Below, piece after piece: positions 54,139 to 61,710 of a DNA stretch of 64,000 nucleotides. The notes under the pieces were generated by a model. That model was not told where the DNA came from. It saw only the letters and a program-made list of their open reading frames with translations, and made no database searches. The DNA is taken from the NCBI GenBank assembly GCA_910586385.1, contig CAJUGX010000002.1:134187-198186 (forward strand), given 5' to 3'. The stretch's first letter is position 1; each line of letters opens with the position of its first letter. The position numbers and the translations under genes were made by a program. Source of the stretch: an uncultured Christensenella sp. GTDB taxonomy: Bacteria; Bacillota; Clostridia; Christensenellales; UBA1242.

Positions 54139-56237
54139 CTCCCAACAAATCTTTTATTTTTCAGCATATATTTCATGTTTCCATCTCGTTCAAAACTCGA
54201 AAAACCATCTTTTTGATTATAAAAACCTGCAAAATTTGATGTTTTTTGAAAAGCTGACCGACAGTCAAGTTTCCCAAAAACAACCAAATCAAAATTTTCT
54301 TTTCCAATTTCTTCAAAATTTTTCTCTTCAGTATACCGTTGCCTTACAACAAAAATCTTCACTCCGTCAAAACAAATTTGAAGTCCAACCATCTTTCCAG
54401 AGTCTGATTTATACTCAAAAGAGAAACCACCAACTTTCCCTTGCTCATCAAGTCCGACAAGCATCTCTTCGGAATATCCTTCACCAGAGCCTGTGCGAAT
54501 GAGTGTTTCACACCCAACATTCCTCACAGTGTCGATTTTCACTTTTGATGTCTGCAATGCAAAAACAGCAGACACTTTGTCCACCCTTGCAATCCTGAGG
54601 AGCCTTTTCGTAAACCTTTGACTTCCAACATCTATTATAACACTTTCTCGCTCAGAATTTGTCAACAAAATCACACCATTTGAATACTCATAACAAACAC
54701 TGGCACTTGCTTGTGGCAAAGCCCAAAAGTCCGGCATAATAGCACAAACACAAAAAAGACAAATCAAAACACTGCAACACAACGCTTTCGCCTTTTTGCC
54801 AATCATCAAAAATCTGCTTAATGAAAGCGCCAACAAAAAGCCTGTCGCAATTGTCCAAACATTGAATGGTTCGACATTTGCAATCATCTTCGTCTCACCA
54901 AAAAATTCAGCCAACGTGCAAACAACCATAAATCCGAAGTCGCTCACCTTCAAGAAAAATGTCAAAGGTGGCACAGCAAGCACAAGCAGCATAATCACAA
55001 AAAGGAGTGGATAGACAATTGAGAATATTGGCACAATCAAAAGATTTGCAAACACTGAGAGCAAATTTACACCTTCATTTATTTGCAGTGCAAAGGGCAA
55101 AATCCCAATCTGAGCAGAAAGAGAAACCGCAATCCCCATTGCAACCTTCTTTGGCAAAAATTTTTCAAACAGCTTTTCAAAAATTGGACATAGAGCAAAG
55201 ATTGAAAACACGCAAAAGAAACTCATCAAAAAGCCAATGTCAAGAGCAAACAATGGTCTGACAAAAAGAATCAATATCCCTGCAAGACCGAGAGCATTCA
55301 ATCCGTCATATCTTTTGCCAAACGCTGTCGCCATACACAAAACCAAACCCATGATTCCCGCACGGAGAACTGATGGCGTAAATCCGCACAAAAATGAATA
55401 AAAAATCACAAAGGCTGCACAGACAACAATGTTGCCCCAGCCTCTTACCCTGCATTTCTTCAAGACAAATCCCAAGAGTGCAATCAAAAAGCTGATATGA
55501 AGTCCAGAGACGGTCAGAAGGTGCACCACACCCGAATTTGCAAAAGCAGACTTCACATCATCAGAGATGTCACTTTTGTCGCCAAACAGCACTGCGTACA
55601 TGATTGCACCATTTTTTGTGCCAGACAATCTAGCCTTGACTTTCTGTCTTACCTTCTCGTCAACTGTCATCTTGTTTTTCAAAATGCTTACTTGTGACGA
55701 CGAAATCTCTGCAGAGTACCCAACATTATCCCTATAATAAAAACTGTTGAAGGATCCAAACTGAAATGGTTTCACACGCTCAACTTCAGCAGAAAATGAG
55801 ATCACATCACCAATCTGTATCTCTTCTTTTTCCTCAAAAGAAAGTTTCGCATATATGTTTTTTGACTTCTTTCCGTTTATCTTGACACTCTTCAAAACCA
55901 CATTGCAAGTTTTTCCATACTCCGAATAACTTATGTCATCACTCACACGAGCAACAATCTGACACTCGCCAGAATATTCTTTCCCTTGAAATGTTGAAAT
56001 TCCCAAGAAGTACCAACCTATTCCAAAGCCGAAAACAACCAAAAGTATCAAGCAATAAACAATTTTTCTTCTCCATATGCAAAACCCAACAAGAGAAGCA
56101 AAAATTCCGCAGACAAGAAGAATGTAAGAGACACTTCCATCAAAAATAAACTTGGCACAAGAAATTGCAAGTGTCAAAATCAAAAAAGAATAAAAAAATG
56201 GTCTAAAATGGATTAGTTTCTTCGTCTGTGGTTTCAT
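54126..56237 (-). CDS. comEC: ComEC/Rec2 DNA internalisation channel with a degenerate C-terminal metallo-beta-lactamase-like domain
   Basis: N-terminal OB/DUF4131 region, then the competence channel domain with VHLLTVSGLHISFLIALLGF and many TM helices. The C-terminal roughly 230 aa contain no His at all. Confidence 0.85.
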   Translation of the reverse strand: MKPQTKKLIHFRPFFYSFLILTLAISCAKFIFDGSVSYILLVCGIFASLVGFCIWRRKIVYCLILLVVFGFGIGWYFLGISTFQGKEYSGECQIVARVSDDISYSEYGKTCNVVLKSVKINGKKSKNIYAKLSFEEKEEIQIGDVISFSAEVERVKPFQFGSFNSFYYRDNVGYSAEISSSQVSILKNKMTVDEKVRQKVKARLSGTKNGAIMYAVLFGDKSDISDDVKSAFANSGVVHLLTVSGLHISFLIALLGFVLKKCRVRGWGNIVVCAAFVIFYSFLCGFTPSVLRAGIMGLVLCMATAFGKRYDGLNALGLAGILILFVRPLFALDIGFLMSFFCVFSIFALCPIFEKLFEKFLPKKVAMGIAVSLSAQIGILPFALQINEGVNLLSVFANLLIVPIFSIVYPLLFVIMLLVLAVPPLTFFLKVSDFGFMVVCTLAEFFGETKMIANVEPFNVWTIATGFLLALSLSRFLMIGKKAKALCCSVLICLFCVCAIMPDFWALPQASASVCYEYSNGVILLTNSERESVIIDVGSQRFTKRLLRIARVDKVSAVFALQTSKVKIDTVRNVGCETLIRTGSGEGYSEEMLVGLDEQGKVGGFSFEYKSDSGKMVGLQICFDGVKIFVVRQRYTEEKNFEEIGKENFDLVVFGKLDCRSAFQKTSNFAGFYNQKDGFSSFERDGNMKYMLKNKRFVGRCLD

Positions 56238-56336
56238 ATTCTATAGTTAAAGGATATCACATTTGGTCTCTTTCACAAAAGAAAAAGAGACGATTTTTTC
56301 ATCATCTCTCTTACAATTGAAACAAAATATAAAAAT

Positions 56337-56603
56337 TTAACCATCACAAATTTCAAGAATCTCTTTCGCACGTCTTGCTGGCACTGGAGACACTTGCTCT
56401 GACACACTTCTGTCAACACGGAGTACCTCCGCTTTTTCTCGCACATTCTCCTTGCCATAAGGCACAATCACCACATCACCAGCCATGATAAGTGGAAGAT
56501 TACAGATATACCACTTTATCTCACCTGTACTCAAAATTTCAACCTTTGCAAAATCAAAGTACTTTCTATCTCTGACAACTCCGCCAGCACATGAATGAAT
56601 CAT
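56337..56603 (-). CDS. Hypothetical small protein (88 aa)
   Basis: Clean ORF with GAGGGG upstream and a hairpin plus T-run downstream (about 56290-56325). No motif recognised. Confidence 0.6.
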   Translation of the reverse strand: MIHSCAGGVVRDRKYFDFAKVEILSTGEIKWYICNLPLIMAGDVVIVPYGKENVREKAEVLRVDRSVSEQVSPVPARRAKEILEICDG

Positions 56604-56614
56604 ATTCCCCTCAC

Positions 56615-57268
56615 TTAAAAATTTTGTTTTTCTTGCAAAAACAGCAAATCTTCAATCGCCTTTGGCGCATTGAATCTGCCGTTGCCGATCGGGTAAAAAA
56701 CAGGATAACAATCAAACTCTTCCCCATCCAAAACAAGTTTTTCACACTTTCTTCTGCATTGACTCACCGAAATGTTTTTACCCAATACGATTGATGAAAC
56801 TTGATTCCCAAACAAAACGATCTTCTTTGGGCGAATCATTTTCACCTCTTCGAAAAACAAATCTCGATATTGCACAAAAACAGAGTTTGGCAAAGATCTC
56901 GCATCATCCTGAGTACATTTTGCAAGATTGGTTATATAAAGTTTTCTCCTTTCAACTTCCGAATAAACCCTCTGGCAAAAACTTTCTGTCCACTGATCTG
57001 GACGCATGTTTTGGATTTGCTCGTTCAGTTCTCCATCAAAAAGACCCGCCTGTGTCAAAAATGACCATATGTTCTTTGTACCGAGCCACTGTCGTCTTAT
57101 CCCTCTCCATTCTTTGCATGTTGCGATGTTTCTCGCCGTTGGATTGACAAAAACCAAACAAAACTCAGGTCTGTCTTCACAACCTCCGCCATAAACCGCA
57201 TTTCGTGATTTGCTTCCAAATCTTTCTTGCATCTCATCAAAAGCACTTATCAATTCTTCTTTTGTCAT
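56615..57268 (-). CDS. Uracil-DNA glycosylase superfamily protein (Mug/TDG-like x-N-P motif)
   Basis: CLVFVNPTARNIAT...GTKNIWSFLTQAGLF and YITNLAKC...KKIVLFGNQV match the UDG-fold layout. ATG at 57268 follows GAGG, and the track extension overlaps the upstream gene. Confidence 0.6.
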   Translation of the reverse strand: MTKEELISAFDEMQERFGSKSRNAVYGGGCEDRPEFCLVFVNPTARNIATCKEWRGIRRQWLGTKNIWSFLTQAGLFDGELNEQIQNMRPDQWTESFCQRVYSEVERRKLYITNLAKCTQDDARSLPNSVFVQYRDLFFEEVKMIRPKKIVLFGNQVSSIVLGKNISVSQCRRKCEKLVLDGEEFDCYPVFYPIGNGRFNAPKAIEDLLFLQEKQNF

Positions 57269-57278
57269 AAAAACCTCA

Positions 57279-57773
57279 TCAAATTTTCTTTGAATAACAC
57301 AAAACGGTGATCGTTTCACCTTGTTCACCATTTGCTTTTGGCGGATAAGTTTCAGTGACACATTGCAAAAAGTTTACAAATCCCCAGTGGAAATAGATTT
57401 GAATGTTTCTTACCTCGCATGGTTCAACGCCGATAGTGAGGGTTTTTATTTTGTTGTTCTTTGCCCACTTTTCCATCTCTCTGAAAATAATGCCAGCGAT
57501 CCCTTTTCCCCTGTATCTTGGCAAAAGTTCCAATTTGATTATTTCCGCTTTGCCATTCCCGGTCATCACACTGTCTTTGCCCCGCAAAAGCAATGTGCCT
57601 TGCCCAATATACTTTCCTTCATCAAAAGCAAAGAAAGTTTTTCTCTCTCCACTTCTGTTTCCATTGACAAAGACTTCTTTCCACTTTCTATAAGACAAAT
57701 CAGTCGGCGATTTCGCAATTTTTGCATCCCACCATTTTCCAATCTCATCAGTCGTCGCAAGTCTTATTTCCAT
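57279..57773 (-). CDS. GNAT-family N-acetyltransferase
   Basis: LELLPRYRGKGIAGIIFREMEKWAKNN...GFVNF is GNAT motif A. Start at MEIRLATTDEI. Confidence 0.8.
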   Translation of the reverse strand: MEIRLATTDEIGKWWDAKIAKSPTDLSYRKWKEVFVNGNRSGERKTFFAFDEGKYIGQGTLLLRGKDSVMTGNGKAEIIKLELLPRYRGKGIAGIIFREMEKWAKNNKIKTLTIGVEPCEVRNIQIYFHWGFVNFLQCVTETYPPKANGEQGETITVLCYSKKI

Positions 57774-57787
57774 AAAATCTCTCCAAA

Positions 57788-58081
57788 TTATTTTTTCAAT
57801 CCTTCGCAAGTTGCAAACACAATCTCTTTAAGCAACTTTTTATTTTCAACGTCTTCTATCATAAACATAGGTTTTGCACCATTGTATGGGATTTCTTCTG
57901 ACATTCCAAAGTTTTTGTTTGTTTCAGCGATTTTGACGAGCAATCTGCCATCATAAATCCCTCCAAACAAAATGCCATTGGAATAAAGCAAATATTCTCC
58001 CATCATCGACCTGCAAGTGATGTTTTCCAAGAGACTCAGTTGCTCCAAAACAAAATCTCTGTATTCCTTTGTTGTTGCCAT
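57788..58081 (-). CDS. TfoX N-terminal domain protein
   Basis: MATTKEYRDFVLEQLSLL.NITCRSMMGEYLLYSNGILFGGIYDGRLLVK is the TfoX_N pattern. ATG at 58081 lies 6 nt after GGAGG. Confidence 0.7.
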   Translation of the reverse strand: MATTKEYRDFVLEQLSLLENITCRSMMGEYLLYSNGILFGGIYDGRLLVKIAETNKNFGMSEEIPYNGAKPMFMIEDVENKKLLKEIVFATCEGLKK

Positions 58082-58162
58082 ATTCATCCTCCAAAATCAT
58101 TATAACACAACACTGCTCTCTAACAAAACCAAAAAAAGATTTCAAAGAATCTTCTTCAAAGC

Positions 58163-58897
58163 CTAAATCATTTTTTCAAGCAATTTCACCGCTTTCTTCG
58201 CTTGAGAATATTCATCATGGTGTTTGATTTTGTATCTTTTCCCATCAACAACAAAATTCGAACCTGTTTGATGAAAATCAAAATCAACCCCGTGTTTTTT
58301 GCAAGAGGAATAAATCTTTTTCACCCAATCGAAATTGCATTCTCTGGCAAAATCATATGACTCCCCACCAACAGAGACCTCATCAATTTTGCCACCTTGA
58401 AGATATTTATCCAAATTGACTTCTTCCAAAATTGGAGCAACAAAAACAAATCTTCTCCTTGCAGGAATTTGCAAAAACATTGGGAGTCTCTTGTCTGCCA
58501 TTTGTTGATTTTCACAAGTCACTGTGAGTATGACATTTTCATATCCCGCTTCCCAATCTCTTGGAAGACAAGACAAAATTCTTTCTGGCCTTTTGGTGCA
58601 AATAAGAAAATAAACATCAGATCTTATTTTCATCATCTGCCATGCTTCATCCCTCCAAGCATCTGCTTCCTCCAAAAAGAAGTCAGATGCGAAACAAGTG
58701 GCAACCTCACTGCCAGCAGGGATCTTAAAATCCCCCTGCCTGTCTTTTTTGAGAGGCAAATTGAAGCCCGTTTTGTTTTTTGAAATCACATTTGAGTCTT
58801 TGTCTCTCTTTTTATCAAGAAAAAACACATAGCAATTTTTGCAACCCGGACTACATTTGTGGCAACCATGCCAAGGATTCCACATAAATCTCCCCAT
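58163..58897 (-). CDS. DUF5131 (phage Gp37/Gp68-like) protein
   Basis: The N-terminus WNPWHGCHKCSPGCKNCY is the hallmark of this family. The exact start is uncertain (58897 or 58885). Confidence 0.72.
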   Translation of the reverse strand: MGRFMWNPWHGCHKCSPGCKNCYVFFLDKKRDKDSNVISKNKTGFNLPLKKDRQGDFKIPAGSEVATCFASDFFLEEADAWRDEAWQMMKIRSDVYFLICTKRPERILSCLPRDWEAGYENVILTVTCENQQMADKRLPMFLQIPARRRFVFVAPILEEVNLDKYLQGGKIDEVSVGGESYDFARECNFDWVKKIYSSCKKHGVDFDFHQTGSNFVVDGKRYKIKHHDEYSQAKKAVKLLEKMI

Positions 58898-58984
58898 ACG
58901 CTCCCCCAATGGATTATATCATGCCATCCACAATTTTTCCAAGAGTAAAACAAAAAAGACCGCCATTATGCAGGCAGTCTTTTT

Positions 58985-59257
58985 TTATTTGAGCGCAGTT
59001 TTGAAAAAGTCCTCGATTTTGTCGAATGGAATTCTGTCCACTCTGTCATACAAATCAATGTGTTCAGCGTCCTTCACAACATACAATTCCTTTGGCATCT
59101 TTGCCTTCTTGAAAACATCTTCACTGAAAAATCTTGAGTGTGCCCTATCCCCCACAACAAGCAAAATTGGTCTTGGAGCAATTTCGTCAACAAAATCAAG
59201 CAATCTGAAATTCATCATCTTATTTTTTACAATTATAAATGTTGGAGTCAACTCCAA
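58985..59257 (-). pseudogene. 3' remnant of an alpha/beta hydrolase gene
   Basis: Only the C-terminal roughly 70 aa are present (RPILLVVGDRAHSRFF...VVKDAEHIDLYD, carrying the catalytic-His region). There is no nucleophile elbow. The ORF begins immediately after the terminator of the upstream gene. Confidence 0.55.
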
Positions 59258-59282
59258 GTCAAGCGATTTTTTGAAATTCCAT

Positions 59283-59311
59283 AAAAAAAGACTGCCAAAG
59301 TTTGACAGTCT
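59283..59311 (-). terminator. Intrinsic terminator of the 59318-59860 gene
   Basis: AGACTG/CAGTCT stem with an 11-nt loop, followed by T6-7 on the minus strand. Confidence 0.55.
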
Positions 59312-59317
59312 ATTTCT

Positions 59318-59860
59318 CTATTCCACAAAAAGAATTTTCTTGAATCTCTTATGAGCCCGCAATGAAACCTTTTCTCCCACTTCATGACTTTTGTCATCAT
59401 AAACAATCTTCTCTTCTCCATCGACCTTCACTTTCAACTTGAAGATAGAAGAGATGATTTCAACTTCCCCAGAGTCTCGTTTGACATTTTTCAGATTTGA
59501 TGCCTCTGTGTGAAGAACGCAAGAAAGCACAACGCCCTCTCTTGCAGGAATATCCCAGTCGATGTTTTTCTTGTTTGTTCGCGCTTTGCCAACCAAATAC
59601 GCAACCAAAATGACAAGAGGGATAAAAACAAGCAACGCTCCAATCACAATCCCCATAACAACAAACAAATTCATAAAAAACAAAATGAACAAAGCGATAA
59701 TTCCGCCTCCAACAATCAAACAAAGCAAAATCATCCACAACTTTCCAAAAAGATTTGCCTGTCTCCAGTTTTCTCTTGCAGAACTGATGTTTCTTTTCTG
59801 AAAATCTTTGTACCCCATCTTTTCATTCTGCTTTTCTTCATCAAAATTTTCTTCGTTCAT
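59318..59860 (-). CDS. Hypothetical membrane protein (two TM helices plus a C-terminal soluble domain)
   Basis: RBS GGTGGGAG. Hydrophobic segments LWMILLCLIVGGGIIALFILFF and VVMGIVIGALLVFIPLVILVAYLV. Confidence 0.65.
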   Translation of the reverse strand: MNEENFDEEKQNEKMGYKDFQKRNISSARENWRQANLFGKLWMILLCLIVGGGIIALFILFFMNLFVVMGIVIGALLVFIPLVILVAYLVGKARTNKKNIDWDIPAREGVVLSCVLHTEASNLKNVKRDSGEVEIISSIFKLKVKVDGEEKIVYDDKSHEVGEKVSLRAHKRFKKILFVE

Positions 59861-59874
59861 TTAGATTCTCCCAC

Positions 59875-60654
59875 CTATTTCTTTTGTATGCAATCAAAAA
59901 TGTTTTCAAGCGCGTTTTCAAACTCTTCTTTGTTTTCTGGAGTGTTTGCAAGGTCATGAGGGACATCTTCAAGAAGTTGCAATGACTTTTTACACTGCAA
60001 AAGTTCAAAAAGTTTTTTGTTGTTTTCAATATGATAATCACTATCTTTCAAACCAACAATCAAATGTGTGTCTGCCGTGATGTTTTTGACCTGCTCAGAC
60101 AAATCATACTTCTCTACATCATCCAAATAGTTTTTGTTTATCCTAAGCACTCTTCCTGTGCTTCTTGACACTTGATCAAAATAGCCTTTTTCAAGGATGT
60201 CTTTTGTCCTTTTGTTGTTTTGAATCTCCGCTTTCCCATCAAGCCAAGGAAAGGCACATGGCACAAGCAAATTCACTTTGCTTGGATTTTGGCTTGCATA
60301 GTATACAACCGCTTCTGCCCCCAAAGACTGTCCAGCAAGTGCAAATGGTTCAACATAAAATTTTTGTGTTTTTGCCCACAAAATCACATCTTCTAAATCC
60401 TGCCAGAACCCACTGAATGTCACCCCCCCCCGAGAACTTTCGCTCTCATTGAGAGAATCCGTCGCATCAATATTGACCACATTGTATCCATGCTTTGCAA
60501 ACTCCTGCTCAAGCACAAGCATATGCGGATATTCTTTTCTCGCTCCGAGTCCATGTTGCAAAAAGACCAACTTGTCATTGCTCTCGTCAGTCGTCACACG
60601 CAGAGCCATCTTCAACCCTTTTCTGTTTTCAATAAAAATGTTGTCTGTTTTCAT
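59875..60654 (-). CDS. Alpha/beta hydrolase carrying an in-frame G9 tract
   Basis: LVFLQHGLGARKE, the nucleophile elbow LAGQSLGA, and C-terminal LEDVPHDL (His). ATG at 60654 follows AGAGGGG. Confidence 0.8.
   Translation of the reverse strand: MKTDNIFIENRKGLKMALRVTTDESNDKLVFLQHGLGARKEYPHMLVLEQEFAKHGYNVVNIDATDSLNESESSRGGVTFSGFWQDLEDVILWAKTQKFYVEPFALAGQSLGAEAVVYYASQNPSKVNLLVPCAFPWLDGKAEIQNNKRTKDILEKGYFDQVSRSTGRVLRINKNYLDDVEKYDLSEQVKNITADTHLIVGLKDSDYHIENNKKLFELLQCKKSLQLLEDVPHDLANTPENKEEFENALENIFDCIQKK
60423..60431. repeat. C9/G9 homopolymer tract
   Basis: Nine consecutive C on the plus strand. On the coding strand it reads tct cgg ggg ggg gtg (S-R-G-G-V), currently in frame. Confidence 0.95.
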
Positions 60655-60679
60655 CAAACCCCTCTTTGCAAAACTTTTC

Positions 60680-61078
60680 TTACTTTTTCAATTTGTTGAG
60701 TGCGCTCAGATTTTTTGAAAGCGAAATTGTTTCTTTTTCAATTTTCTCCAACTTGCCATCAACCGCCACATAGTTTTCGCATTTCACATCAAAGCCCAAT
60801 TTTCCAATCTCATCCTGAATATAGTGAAGTTGCAAACAGTGAGGCGATTTGTCGACGCTTGCAAAAACAATCCTCTTGATTTTCTTTGCTCTTATCATCC
60901 CAAGCACCTTTGTGATTGCCATGTTGATGTGAGATTGTTCAAGACACAAATCAAAGATTGGCAGTCCCATTTTCTCAATCTCTCCAAATGCCTTTGGTTG
61001 CATCGCCACAAGACAACTGCCCACAATGGCAATCTCCTGCCCACAATCATAAATATTGCTCTTCATCAAATCTTTCAT
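60680..61078 (-). CDS. Hypothetical protein (132 aa)
   Basis: Clean ORF with a GGAG RBS. No motif recognised. Confidence 0.6.
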   Translation of the reverse strand: MKDLMKSNIYDCGQEIAIVGSCLVAMQPKAFGEIEKMGLPIFDLCLEQSHINMAITKVLGMIRAKKIKRIVFASVDKSPHCLQLHYIQDEIGKLGFDVKCENYVAVDGKLEKIEKETISLSKNLSALNKLKK

Positions 61079-61191
61079 ATGTAATCTCCGAAAATAAATT
61101 TTTTTCTGTATATTTTTATTATATCAAAAACAATTCCAACATCAAAACAAAAAAGAGGCGATTTGAATCGTCTCTCTTATGTCCTATATCT

Positions 61192-61701
61192 CTAGAATGC
61201 CTTGAATGCAATATGTGCAAAAAATCCACAAAGCGCAAGATCAAGCAAAACAAGTTCCACTCCAACAACAAGCCTAATCCACAACTTGTCAATTCTTTTC
61301 AAAAGGGCAATATTCGTATATGCAACCCCGCCAGTTATCGCCCCACAGACTGCTCCAAAAAGCACGCCAAGCCAGTAATTGAGATTTCCCATGCATGACC
61401 CAGCAATAATGATTGCCACACCGCCCAAGCAAATGAGTGCTGTGAAAAACCACTCATACCAAGTTGGTTTTCTTGCAACTTCAACACTTTTGTCAAACAT
61501 GCTGACTTTCACCCCAATCACTTGATTTCCACTGACAACAAATTCTTCTGTCTTTCCATCAACATCAAGTTTGAAGTGATTTCTTTTGACTTTTTCAAGT
61601 TTGTTTCCATCATACGTAAGAGTCACCCTTCCTGTCCAAAAGTTCTCTTCATAGACAAAAGTTTTGCCCATAGTCTGCTCATTTTTCAATTCAACTCTCA
61701 T
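61192..61701 (-). CDS. Hypothetical membrane protein (N-terminal soluble beta-rich domain plus 3-4 TM helices)
   Basis: RBS GAGGTGG. Hydrophobic segments WFFTALICLGGVAIIIAG, VLFGAVCGAITGGVAY and VVGVELVLLDLALCGFFA. Confidence 0.65.
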   Translation of the reverse strand: MRVELKNEQTMGKTFVYEENFWTGRVTLTYDGNKLEKVKRNHFKLDVDGKTEEFVVSGNQVIGVKVSMFDKSVEVARKPTWYEWFFTALICLGGVAIIIAGSCMGNLNYWLGVLFGAVCGAITGGVAYTNIALLKRIDKLWIRLVVGVELVLLDLALCGFFAHIAFKAF

Positions 61702-61710
61702 ACAGCCACC

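Noticed and set aside
57788-58897. TfoX_N + DUF5131 as evidence of a prophage or integrative element
   Set aside because: There are no integrase, terminase, capsid or repeat boundaries. These are isolated genes in a small accessory stretch.
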